Source of the DNA: Candidatus Saccharimonadales bacterium
Lineage (GTDB): Bacteria; Patescibacteriota; Saccharimonadia; Saccharimonadales; Saccharimonadaceae
DNA length: 64,000 nucleotides
NCBI GenBank assembly: GCA_046462475.1
Contig: JBKGVB010000033.1
Coordinates: forward strand, 7,192-71,191
Direction of reading: 5' to 3'
Positions within the stretch are counted from its first letter, which is position 1; each line of letters opens with the position of its first letter. The notes below the pieces were generated by a model. It did not search any database and was not told the origin of the DNA. It saw nothing but the letters and a program-made list of their open reading frames with translations. Positions 56,099 to 64,000 of this stretch are shown here, one piece after another. The position numbers were made by a program, and so were the translations under genes.

Positions 56099-57517
56099 AT
56101 GGCATCAAAACTACCTACCGTTGCTATCATTGGTCAAGCGAACGTCGGCAAGAGTTCGCTTTTTAATCGTATGGTCCGAGCTCAGCAGGCTATTGTGGCT
56201 CGCGAAGCCGGCACGACACGAGACAATGTCCTTGGGAAGGTAGAGTTCCATGGCAAGCAATTTTGGCTTGTCGATACGGCCGGTCTCAAAGATCCAAATG
56301 ACGAATTTGAAGCCTCAATCCAAGAGCAAATCACCGAAGCCGCCGATGCAGCCGATATCATTCTTGTCGTTGTCGATAGTTCGCAATACGTTTCCGACGA
56401 CGACCGATTTGTCGCTAAGAAAGCCTTAAAGAGCAAGAAGCCAGTCATCCTAGTCACCAACAAGGCCGACTTAAAGGGCGCATTGCCAGACGATGAATTC
56501 CGCCGTCTCGGTGTAAAGACAATTATCCGCACTTCAGCCGAGCACAATTCTGGCGTTGTCGATGTCCTCAATGAAATCGTAGAGATTATTCCAAAAGCGA
56601 CTGAGACAGAAGACGACGATATACTCAGAATTGCCCTGATTGGTCGTCCGAATGTCGGCAAAAGCCATCTCTTCAATACGCTCGCTGGTAAGCAACAGGC
56701 AATCGTGGCCAATATCGCCGGTACCACCCGTGACGTAAACCGTGTACCGCTCAAGTATCATGGCCGATCAATCGAACTACTCGACACCGCAGGCATTCGC
56801 CGCCAAGGCAAGCAAGAAGTTGGCATTGAAAAATTCAGCGTACTTCGTACCCTCCAGGCCATTGAAGAATCTGATATCTGTCTGCTTCTGATGGATGTCA
56901 ACGAACTAAGCACACAGCTTGATCAACGGCTTGCCGGGATTATTTCCGAGGCAGGGAAGGGCATGATTATCGTTGTCAGCAAGTGGGACAGCCTGGAAAA
57001 TAAAGAAGACGAAGATGGCAAAGCCACTTCTGATTACATTGCCCGCAAAATCAGCTACGATTTCAAGTTTACCCCATGGGCTCCGCTTATCTTCACAAGC
57101 TCAGTCACCGGACAGAACGTCAGCAAAATCTTTGAACTTGTGACCTCAATCGACAAACGTCGGAAACAAGAGACAAAGACCCGTGTCCTCAATGACCTCC
57201 TGCAAAAAGCCCTCATTAAACACCCGCCAGCTGGTCTGAAAAACACCTATCCAAAGTTGCGCTATATGGTACACACGGACACCAATCCACCATGGTTTGT
57301 CATCTATGGTTCAAACCTAAAGTTCCTTCACTGGAGCTACAAACGCTACCTCGAGCGTATCCTGCGCGAAACCTACGACTACAGTGGTACGCCGATCAAA
57401 TTCAGCTACCGCGACGAGAAACAGATCAAAGCGAATAAAGAACGTGTCGCCAAAGGCCTCGAGCCAGTTACAAAAGCTTACAAAAAAGCAAAAGACGCCG
57501 AAGCGTCCGAAAAGTAA
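56099..57517 (+). CDS. der: Ribosome-associated GTPase Der/EngA
   Basis: Two G domains (GQANVGKSSLFN, GRPNVGKSHLFN; DTAG twice; NKAD / SKWD) plus a KH-like C-terminus. Confidence 0.9.
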   Translation: MASKLPTVAIIGQANVGKSSLFNRMVRAQQAIVAREAGTTRDNVLGKVEFHGKQFWLVDTAGLKDPNDEFEASIQEQITEAADAADIILVVVDSSQYVSDDDRFVAKKALKSKKPVILVTNKADLKGALPDDEFRRLGVKTIIRTSAEHNSGVVDVLNEIVEIIPKATETEDDDILRIALIGRPNVGKSHLFNTLAGKQQAIVANIAGTTRDVNRVPLKYHGRSIELLDTAGIRRQGKQEVGIEKFSVLRTLQAIEESDICLLLMDVNELSTQLDQRLAGIISEAGKGMIIVVSKWDSLENKEDEDGKATSDYIARKISYDFKFTPWAPLIFTSSVTGQNVSKIFELVTSIDKRRKQETKTRVLNDLLQKALIKHPPAGLKNTYPKLRYMVHTDTNPPWFVIYGSNLKFLHWSYKRYLERILRETYDYSGTPIKFSYRDEKQIKANKERVAKGLEPVTKAYKKAKDAEASEK

Positions 57518-57533
57518 GTAATCCTCAAAAAAG

Positions 57534-57572
57534 GAAGAACCCCGTGCCTCGACCGAGAACACGGGGTTCTTC
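57534..57572. terminator. 13-bp perfect hairpin between the convergent der and GC-rich ORF
   Basis: GAAGAACCCCGTG (57534-57546) pairs with CACGGGGTTCTTC (57560-57572). Confidence 0.6.
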
Positions 57573-57588
57573 TAGGTCGAGACCGGGG

Positions 57589-58029
57589 TTATGCAGCACC
57601 ATCGGGATCCGACGGGTTGTTGAAGATGCTGAGTCCAGCATCTTGAGTATGCGACGGCTGCGGCGCCTCGTCTCCCTTCAGGAAGTCGGGAACGTCGAGG
57701 TCATCGTTTACCTCCACTTTACCGGGCATGCCGGGTTCAGCCATGAGCTCATCCCAGCCCGGGACTGCGACAGGCATCGCCAGATGCGCCTTGATGTTAC
57801 GCGATCCATCGATCACCATGTCACCGAGCTTGCCGACCGCGTGGCCGGTGAAGCTAATGGCGTGGCCTGATGCCTGAGTGCCGGTGAAGAACACCTTCCA
57901 GGTAGTCGCCAGCGTCAGCAGTGCGATGATGCCCGCCGCCAGTGCCAGCTTCAGCAGCTGATCCTGCAGCAGGTACGCCACCACCAGTACCGCGGCTACA
58001 CCGAAGGCCATTCTCTGATACTTGTTCAT
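57589..58029 (-). CDS. Hypothetical two-TM protein (146 aa), GC-rich
   Basis: ATG at 58029 with AAGGAGAG 5 nt upstream. Two hydrophobic helices followed by an acidic tail. Confidence 0.6.
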   Translation of the reverse strand: MNKYQRMAFGVAAVLVVAYLLQDQLLKLALAAGIIALLTLATTWKVFFTGTQASGHAISFTGHAVGKLGDMVIDGSRNIKAHLAMPVAVPGWDELMAEPGMPGKVEVNDDLDVPDFLKGDEAPQPSHTQDAGLSIFNNPSDPDGAA

Positions 58030-58141
58030 GATCTCTCCTTTGGGGAAGGAGCTCCCAGACTCTCTGGAAGCAAAAGGCACGAACGTTTATATATTAACAT
58101 ATTTCGCTATAAAAAGCAATAGTTTATACTATTTAACAGAT

Positions 58142-58696
58142 ATGAAACTAATCGTTGGACTGGGAAACCCAGAAACTCGCTACGACAACACTCGCCACAA
58201 CATCGGCTTTATGGCGCTTGATTCGTTTACCCAGAAACATGGCATATCGTTTAGCCTGCAAAAGAAATTCAAAGCAGAGATTGCCGAAACAAGCATCCAG
58301 GGAGAAAAGGTGCTGCTACTCAAGCCGCATACCTACTACAATCTCAGCGGTGAATCAGTACGTGCAGCAGCAGACTTCTACAAGATAGCTCCAGAAGACA
58401 TATTGCTTATTCACGATGAGCTCATGCTGCCATTTGGCACGATCCGTACTCGACTGGGCGGTCGGGACGCAGGAAACAATGGCATTAAGTCAATCAATCA
58501 ACACATGGGCGAACAGACAGCCCGGATTCGATTTGGCGTCTCTAATAGCACACGCGAACATATTGATGACGTAAATTTCGTACTTGGCAAGCTAAGCAAA
58601 GAAGAGCAGGCGGCCGTGCCAGAGCTTCTCGATCTTGTAGGGACACTTATCGAACGTTTTGCCGCGGGCGACTTCGAGACCACAACCCACCGCTAG
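58142..58696 (+). CDS. pth: Peptidyl-tRNA hydrolase
   Basis: MKLIVGLGNPETRYDNTRHNIGF and GGRDAGNNGIKS. Start trimmed to the ATG at 58142. Confidence 0.9.
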   Translation: MKLIVGLGNPETRYDNTRHNIGFMALDSFTQKHGISFSLQKKFKAEIAETSIQGEKVLLLKPHTYYNLSGESVRAAADFYKIAPEDILLIHDELMLPFGTIRTRLGGRDAGNNGIKSINQHMGEQTARIRFGVSNSTREHIDDVNFVLGKLSKEEQAAVPELLDLVGTLIERFAAGDFETTTHR

Positions 58697-58730
58697 TACG
58701 CGTGCTTCAGTACTGCTTTAATCAATCCGA

Positions 58731-59456
58731 TTAGGCTACACGAGTGACGAAGAACATGGTGATGAGACCCAGAATAGTCAGTGCGATCGTCACATACGAC
58801 GAATGCTTCGAATGTGCCTCTGGCAGAATCTCGCTTGCTGCTATATAGAGCAAGAATCCGGCAAAGAATCCGAGGTAGAGTACGAGCAAATTATCAGGAA
58901 GATGGAAGAGAAGCGTCGAAGCCGCACCGAGCACCGGCGCTAATGCATCAAGTACCAGCATGATCCTCGAATGCTTTTTGCTATTCTTGTTCATCAGCAT
59001 GAGATTGACGGTATTGAGGCCGTCTGAGAAATCATGAGCTACCACGGCAATCGCTACCGCAACACCAATCGTTTCGCCAGCCTGAAAACCAAGACCGATC
59101 GCCACGCCATCGAGAAAGCTATGACCAATCAATGCAAGCGCCGAAACGATACCAACACTTGGATGATGATGCACCTCATACTCAGATTCTTGCGAATAGT
59201 GGATCAATATTGATTTTTCGACGATATGAAACAACATAAAGCCAGCAACCAGCGCCAGCATAGTCCAAATTGTTTCGACATGCGTTTTCTCGACAAGCTC
59301 GATAATCTCTGGCAGCAAATCAAACGCTACCACGCCTAGTAATACGCCGGCGGTGTAACCCAGGAAGCGATGCAATTTATCGCGAAACCGCAGCGCTGTT
59401 AGTCCACCAAAAAGAGTAGAGATAAATGTCGCGATAGATACAAGAACGGGAACCAT
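58731..59456 (-). CDS. ZIP-family metal (zinc) transporter
   Basis: HSFLDGVAIGLGFQ and VVAHDFSDGL motifs, with about 8 TM helices. Confidence 0.8.
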   Translation of the reverse strand: MVPVLVSIATFISTLFGGLTALRFRDKLHRFLGYTAGVLLGVVAFDLLPEIIELVEKTHVETIWTMLALVAGFMLFHIVEKSILIHYSQESEYEVHHHPSVGIVSALALIGHSFLDGVAIGLGFQAGETIGVAVAIAVVAHDFSDGLNTVNLMLMNKNSKKHSRIMLVLDALAPVLGAASTLLFHLPDNLLVLYLGFFAGFLLYIAASEILPEAHSKHSSYVTIALTILGLITMFFVTRVA

Positions 59457-59514
59457 TACATCTATTGTAGCAAAGACTTGACGCTAGCGGACGAAAGCGT
59501 ATGCTAAAAATACA

Positions 59515-59856
59515 ATGAATAGACATCCATTTGAAGCAGCTCAGCGCGGCAGAACAGAATTTTGGGAAAGTCTCAGAGATAAGAACCTTGCAGAGCATGA
59601 CAAAACAACGGCTCAGATAACACTCTTTCGACCAATCGATGCACTTCGTAAACAACGCGAACTACGCCGCATCAGGAGATTCCTTACCCGTGCTGCCGTT
59701 ATCATCGACGAAAGTCGCAACCATGATAAAGAAATTGCGGATTTTCATGACACTGAATCCGAGCGCCAGTCTACACGGCACATCACGATTATTCCCGAGC
59801 CGGGTTTCATAGCAGCTCGCCAGCCTGAGACTTCTGCATTCGATACGACCTTCTAG
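59515..59856 (+). CDS. Hypothetical basic protein (113 aa)
   Basis: ORF only. No motif recognised. Confidence 0.45.
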   Translation: MNRHPFEAAQRGRTEFWESLRDKNLAEHDKTTAQITLFRPIDALRKQRELRRIRRFLTRAAVIIDESRNHDKEIADFHDTESERQSTRHITIIPEPGFIAARQPETSAFDTTF

Positions 59857-59972
59857 GATTGTAAGATGTTGTTATTGATGGTATCGTAGTATAAATTTCG
59901 TCGAGCGGCGAAAGCCGTGAGATACTTCCAGCCGACCGCTCCGAAATCGGAGCTTGAGAGACAGGAAAGACC

Positions 59973-60431
59973 ATGAGCGTTGATGAAGAGCTGCTTGCGC
60001 GCGAGATCGTCGCGCAAAAACAACGAGAGGCTGACTACGTCGCCGCAGTGAAGGGCGGAAGGCGAGCCATCAGGCTCGTCTCCGCCGAACAGCGTGCCGC
60101 CACTGAGCGCATGAACAAGCTCAACTGGCCCGACAGTGAGATCGAGCGCGTCGAAGTCTGGAGATTTCTCCGGCGTTCGACCTCAAAACACATCCGGCTC
60201 ATCCAGCTGCTCGGCGATCCCTTTACGGGCAACCTGCGTGATGCCTGGCAGTCTGATGCAGGAACGCCGCGATGGCTCGGAGAAGATGGCAGACTCTACG
60301 GAGTAAACCTAATGCTCTTCGATAGGTGGGCAAAGCCCGGCATGGCGCCGCTCGCCCCGCTCAACGGATTGCGCTTCGAGCACCACCATGGTCAGGAGCT
60401 TCTGGAAGCTCTGCGCAAGCTGGGCACCTGA
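59973..60431 (+). CDS. Hypothetical protein (152 aa), GC-rich
   Basis: AGGAAAG lies 4 nt before the ATG, and a strong terminator follows the ORF. Confidence 0.55.
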   Translation: MSVDEELLAREIVAQKQREADYVAAVKGGRRAIRLVSAEQRAATERMNKLNWPDSEIERVEVWRFLRRSTSKHIRLIQLLGDPFTGNLRDAWQSDAGTPRWLGEDGRLYGVNLMLFDRWAKPGMAPLAPLNGLRFEHHHGQELLEALRKLGT

Positions 60432-60446
60432 CCTTTCAAGCTCCGA

Positions 60447-60482
60447 AGCCCCGACAGCAATGTCGGGGCTCGGTTCTTTTTT
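60447..60482 (+). terminator. Rho-independent terminator
   Basis: AGCCCCGACA-gcaa-TGTCGGGGCT followed by CGGTTCTTTTTT. Confidence 0.75.
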
Positions 60483-60486
60483 AGAC

Positions 60487-60848
60487 AAATAAAAAAGCGC
60501 TAGGTAAGGGTGGGCATCACCTAGCGCCATTTTACCCTTCAACCCACACCACGGGGTCCCCGAAAATCGTAAGATTTTAAGGGGTCTCGCTGAGAACGAA
60601 GCGTCATGCGGTAACTCCACGAGACCGTGCGCCTGAGCGAATCACTACTGGATAGTCGTTCTTTGAAATGGTATCCTCGACTCCGAAGAGCCGGGGGTTA
60701 AAGGGGTTAGTATGCAAGCAATGCTGTCTAGCGGCTCTGCAGTGGAGGGTAGAATACTGCGAGAGCACATTGCTCACAATCTAACATAAGTTAGAATAGG
60801 GGGTATAAGGTGCGTTTGGTTAAGTCTCGCAGAGTTCTCAACCAATCG
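60487..60848 (-). ncRNA. Orphan structured ncRNA candidate (~355 nt) bounded by its own promoter and terminator
   Basis: - Terminator (minus strand): GCGCTAGGT-13 nt-ACCTAGCGC followed by TTTTTTATTT (60487-60527).
- Internal stems: GGTCTCG/CGAGACC, AGCAATG/CATTGCT, AAAATC-ttac-GATTTT, CTC-UUCG-GAG.
- Coding: no credible ORF on either strand. Confidence 0.5.
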
Positions 60849-60854
60849 TTCACC

Positions 60855-60883
60855 ATATTAGCACGGATTTGACATTAAGTCAA
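60855..60883 (-). promoter_or_regulatory. Sigma-70-type promoter TTGACT-17 nt-TAATAT (minus strand)
   Basis: -35 at 60878-60883 and -10 at 60855-60860. The -35 box sits inside the palindrome TTGACattaaGTCAA. Confidence 0.55.
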
Positions 60884-60903
60884 TACTTTTCGACAGGTTT
60901 TTT

Positions 60904-61764
60904 ATGAAAATCAATACAATTTCCCCAGATAGTGCTGAGTTTCTCCAGATACTGGAAGCTATTGCAAAACCACCGGAAATATTACGCTATATAGGAATTC
61001 TTCCCCAACAGAGGCGACCCACTGTTGCCATCGTTGGTACACGCAAGCCAACAGCTTATGGAAAAGAGGTGACGACGCGCCTCGCCCAAGAACTTGCGCT
61101 CAAGGGTGTCGCGATCGTCTCTGGGCTTGCGCTCGGCGTTGACGCGCTTGCTCACCGAGCAACGCTAGAGGCCGGCGGCACGACCATTGCCGTGCTCGGT
61201 AATGGCTTGCCGCGCATTTATCCGGCCAGCCACCAGGCACTTGCGCAGCAAATCGTAGAGAGCGGAGGCGCCATCCTAAGTGAATACGAGAAGAACGAGG
61301 CAGCTCGCCCTCACTATTTTCTCGAGAGAAATCGCCTTGTGGCTGGCTTGGCCGACGCAGTTATCATTACTGAAGCTGCCGCACGTAGCGGCACATTAAA
61401 TACCGCTATGCATGCTATGGAGCAGGGCAAAGAAATTTTTGTCGTACCGGGCAATATTACAAGTCCCATGAGTATTGGCTGCAATCAGCTCATCAAGCAG
61501 GGCGCAACACCGCTCATACATAGTGATGAGGTACTCCAAGTAATCGCCCCAGAACTCCTCAATGCGCCCAGTCATACACATATTGCCGTGCAAGATCCCC
61601 TGCAAGCAGCGATTCTCAAGCATATCACCGACGGAATGCGCGATGGTGACACCTTGCAGCAGATAATCGGCTGCTCAGCAACTGACCTATCAACAGCCCT
61701 CACTATGCTCGAAATCGCCGGCGCTATCCGGTCGCTCGGTGCAAATCAGTGGACATTACGCTAA
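60904..61764 (+). CDS. dprA: DNA-processing protein DprA (Smf)
   Basis: VAIVGTRKPTAYG and VSGLALGVDALAHRATLEAGGTTIAVLGNGL. Confidence 0.9.
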   Translation: MKINTISPDSAEFLQILEAIAKPPEILRYIGILPQQRRPTVAIVGTRKPTAYGKEVTTRLAQELALKGVAIVSGLALGVDALAHRATLEAGGTTIAVLGNGLPRIYPASHQALAQQIVESGGAILSEYEKNEAARPHYFLERNRLVAGLADAVIITEAAARSGTLNTAMHAMEQGKEIFVVPGNITSPMSIGCNQLIKQGATPLIHSDEVLQVIAPELLNAPSHTHIAVQDPLQAAILKHITDGMRDGDTLQQIIGCSATDLSTALTMLEIAGAIRSLGANQWTLR

Positions 61765-61829
61765 TATTATGTTTTTATAAATATGCCTGATGCGGACCGT
61801 CCGTGTGGCAAAGAGTTTCAGGAGAACCC

Positions 61830-62321
61830 ATGAAAACCGATTCCGACGGCAAGATCTGTCCGTTCTGTCTCGAGAACGGTATGGTGGAGGTGATTGCTGA
61901 GACCAGGGATGCGTACCTGATCCAAGCGATCAAGGATGGAAACATCGCACCTGGTCGCTACTTCATCATCCCAAAGGAGCACATCGAGTCGCTCACCAGT
62001 CGTCCCGACGACTGGACCCGGCAGGAAAACGAGCTCATTCGATGCGCCTTCACCCATGCACAGGTCGATCCTCAACTGTCCGAACTTATGGGTGTGCGCA
62101 GCCCCTGGGATGCGCTCAACACAAGCTGGAATCAGGGCGAGTATGCCGGCCAGCGGGTGTGGCACATCCACCAGTGGATCGTCTTCCGCTACGACAACCT
62201 CGGAATCGGCCTTGATGGGCTGATCGAGCAGAAAGGTCATGACAGGAGGCGCATCGCCGAGCTCGAAGCCGAGCTCGTGGAGGTCCGGCGAGGTGCTGGA
62301 CTTCAGCTCAACGGTCTCTAG
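61830..62321 (+). CDS. HIT-like (histidine triad) protein with a coiled-coil C-terminal extension, GC-rich
   Basis: CPFC, YFIIPKEHIESL and VWHIHQWIV (degenerate H.H.H motif). GGAGA lies 4 nt before the ATG at 61830. Confidence 0.55.
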   Translation: MKTDSDGKICPFCLENGMVEVIAETRDAYLIQAIKDGNIAPGRYFIIPKEHIESLTSRPDDWTRQENELIRCAFTHAQVDPQLSELMGVRSPWDALNTSWNQGEYAGQRVWHIHQWIVFRYDNLGIGLDGLIEQKGHDRRRIAELEAELVEVRRGAGLQLNGL

Positions 62322-62335
62322 CTTTCAAGCATCAG

Positions 62336-62380
62336 GCGAAGCCCTCTCGTGCAAAGCACGAGAGGGCATTTCGCTTTTTA
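62336..62380 (+). terminator. Rho-independent terminator
   Basis: GCCCTCTCGTGC-aaa-GCACGAGAGGGC (12 bp) extended by GCGAA/TTCGC, followed by TTTTT. Confidence 0.75.
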
Positions 62381-62385
62381 TATGA

Positions 62386-62646
62386 CTAAAGCGTTGGGCG
62401 ACGAGGAATTGGTGTATGCCGCGTCACAACTCGCTCGGCAACTTCAGCACCGAGGTGCTCTATTTGCTCTTGGCGAGTCATGCTACTCTGCGCCAAGATA
62501 TCGTAGCTTGGAGCTTTATGTACATAGCCAGGAATAACCATGCTGTCGAGCGCCTTGCGAATTACTGCAATATCTTCCGGAACAAAAGGCTGCTCGCGGG
62601 GAATAGGCTTATTAGATTGTTCTTGGGGCATGTCAAATTTATTCAT
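62386..62646 (-). CDS. Small hypothetical protein (86 aa)
   Basis: ATG lies 13 nt downstream of a TATAAT box and no SD is present. The terminator at 62336-62380 can serve both strands. Confidence 0.45.
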   Translation of the reverse strand: MNKFDMPQEQSNKPIPREQPFVPEDIAVIRKALDSMVIPGYVHKAPSYDILAQSSMTRQEQIEHLGAEVAERVVTRHTPIPRRPTL

Positions 62647-62833
62647 AACAAACTGCGTTATTATAGCTTAAAATTTATATTTTGTCAATACGAGACGATC
62701 CGGAGTCGGAATCATATTGAGTAAAGCAATGTCTAGTATGGGCGGCCTATAGCCTCGCGTCAATAGAGAAAATGTTGCATTTTTTTCAAAGTTGCGTAGT
62801 ATGGACAGTTGTGTTTAGCTATAGGTCGTAACC

Positions 62834-64000
62834 ATGAGCAAGAATCTAGTAATCGTCGAGTCACCAGCCAAAGCCAAGACTATCGAGAAGTACCTCGGTA
62901 AGGATTTTCATGTGCTTTCGAGTGTTGGACATATCCGGTCTATTGTGAAAAAAACAAAGGATGGCACGCCACCGATCAATGTAAAAGACGGCTTTAAAAC
63001 CCAGTACGAAATCGACCCTGAAAAGAAAAAGGTTATTGCCGAGCTCAAAAAAGCAGTAAAAGCTGCAGAAACTGTCTGGCTCGCAACTGATGAAGACCGC
63101 GAAGGAGAGGCTATTGCTTGGCATCTTTGTGAAGTTTTGAAACTCGATCCGAAAACAACGAATCGTATCGTATTTCATGAAATCACTAAAGACGCGATTA
63201 CCGAGGCCATTAAACAGCCTCGTACCGTAGATATGCATGTTGTCGAAGCGCAACAAGCTCGCCAGATTCTCGACCGTATTGTTGGGTTTGAACTTAGCCC
63301 GGTCGTCTGGCAGAAAGTCCCAGGCGGCAAAAGTGCCGGACGTGTCCAGAGTCCAGCTGTGCGCTTGCTTGTAGAGCGAGAGCAAGAGATTCAGAAATTT
63401 GCAGGCTCGAGCCAATTTAAAGTAATAGCGATCTTCCCGCATGAAGGAAAAGAGATCAAAGCTGAACTCAATCAGCGCTTTGATACTGAAGAAGAAGCTA
63501 AGACATTCCTCGAAAGCCTAAAGGATGCCTCGTTTGCTGTTTCAAATGTCAAAAAATCTCCAAGTACGCGCAACCCAAGCGCGCCGTTCACCACATCGAC
63601 CCTCCAGCAAGAAGCCAATTCGAAGCTCGGCTTTAGCTCACGCGCGACCATGACTGCCGCTCAAAAACTCTACCAAGACGGAAAGATCACCTATATGCGT
63701 ACCGACAGCGTCAATCTGTCTGGCCAGGCGATCGCCGCTGCAAAAGACTTCATTACCCGCCTATACGGACATGATTACTCGCATGTACGTAAATTTAAGA
63801 CCAAGAATGCCAGCGCCCAAGAAGCCCACGAAGCAATTCGCCCTACGGATATCACTCGCGAGCAGGTAAGTGGCAACGAATACGACCAGAAGCTGTACGA
63901 TCTTATCCGCCGCCGAACTCTCGCTAGCCAGATGGCGCCAGCAAAACTTGAAAATACGACCATCACAATCACTATCTCGACTCGCGATGAAGTATTTGAA
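62834..64000 (+). CDS. topA: DNA topoisomerase I, 5' part (runs off the window end)
   Basis: Translation from the ATG at 62834 reads MSKNLVIVESPAKAKTIEKYLGKDFHVLSSVGHIRS... (TOPRIM), then ...LATDEDREGEAIAWH... The frame is open to 64000. The gene is absent from the ORF track because no stop lies in the window. Confidence 0.9.
   Translation, partial: MSKNLVIVESPAKAKTIEKYLGKDFHVLSSVGHIRSIVKKTKDGTPPINVKDGFKTQYEIDPEKKKVIAELKKAVKAAETVWLATDEDREGEAIAWHLCEVLKLDPKTTNRIVFHEITKDAITEAIKQPRTVDMHVVEAQQARQILDRIVGFELSPVVWQKVPGGKSAGRVQSPAVRLLVEREQEIQKFAGSSQFKVIAIFPHEGKEIKAELNQRFDTEEEAKTFLESLKDASFAVSNVKKSPSTRNPSAPFTTSTLQQEANSKLGFSSRATMTAAQKLYQDGKITYMRTDSVNLSGQAIAAAKDFITRLYGHDYSHVRKFKTKNASAQEAHEAIRPTDITREQVSGNEYDQKLYDLIRRRTLASQMAPAKLENTTITITISTRDEVFE

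Noticed and set aside
60487-60848. The ~355-nt ncRNA candidate as tmRNA or RNase P RNA
   Set aside because: The minus-strand RNA has no T-arm/CCA end and no GAGGAAAGUCC or ACAGAA..CGGCUUA P4 elements. GGTAACTCCAC at 60609-60619 (plus strand) resembles an RNase P segment, but it is on the wrong strand and lacks the other conserved regions. Possible tag frames (ALLAY*, ANHYWIVVL*) are too short or atypical.
62861-63442. A 193-aa minus-strand ORF
   Set aside because: It is antisense to the clearly recognisable topA N-terminus (TOPRIM domain), which is open from 62834 to the window end.

Overview
The window looks like a 64-kb chromosomal segment from a small-genome, Gram-positive-like bacterium. 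The gene content fits Patescibacteria/CPR, with Saccharibacteria (TM7) the best fit. This taxonomic call is an inference from content only: several type IV pilin-like genes, class-E-like sortases, PEGA and DUF3048 proteins, many short leaderless-type promoters, and no biosynthetic operons. The standard genetic code works throughout.

Housekeeping genes that I recognise:
- a complete F1Fo ATP synthase operon (atpZ-like, then B-E-F-H-A-[54-codon ORF]-G-D-C, minus strand)
- a UvrD-type helicase fused to a PD-(D/E)XK nuclease
- dus, smpB, xth, gmk, a cmk-like kinase, gltX, pyk, der, pth, dprA and the 5' part of topA
- an ABC-F ATPase, a MacB/FtsX-type ABC pair, two GT4 glycosyltransferases and two histidine-kinase/response-regulator pairs
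- tRNA-Leu(CAA) and tRNA-Glu(CUC)

I saw no rRNA, CRISPR array, transposase or integrase.

Items most worth a second look:
1. A self-contained GC-rich non-coding unit of about 0.95 kb (6494-7481). It has its own consensus promoter and terminator. It contains a tRNA-like gene interrupted by a 34-nt hairpin in the anticodon loop, then five abutting perfect hairpins, then a 54-codon ORF. A 14-nt long-range complementarity can close the whole region.
2. A promoter-to-terminator orphan ncRNA candidate of about 355 nt on the minus strand upstream of dprA (60487-60883).
3. A probable guanidine-III (ykkC-III)-like pseudoknot directly upstream of an SMR/Gdx exporter (46315-46358).
4. A surface-structure island that interleaves pilin-like genes, two sortases and duplicated TetR regulators (32033-39208). 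Related genes elsewhere are a 716-aa giant pilin and an RCC1 propeller with a pilin-like anchor.
5. A kinase/regulator pair in which both partners carry long Pro/Ala/Gln-rich tails.
6. Several single-gene islets of about 60-65% GC, bracketed by long hairpins, in a background of about 40-48% GC.

All coordinates and motifs were read by eye. No homology search or RNA folding was run.
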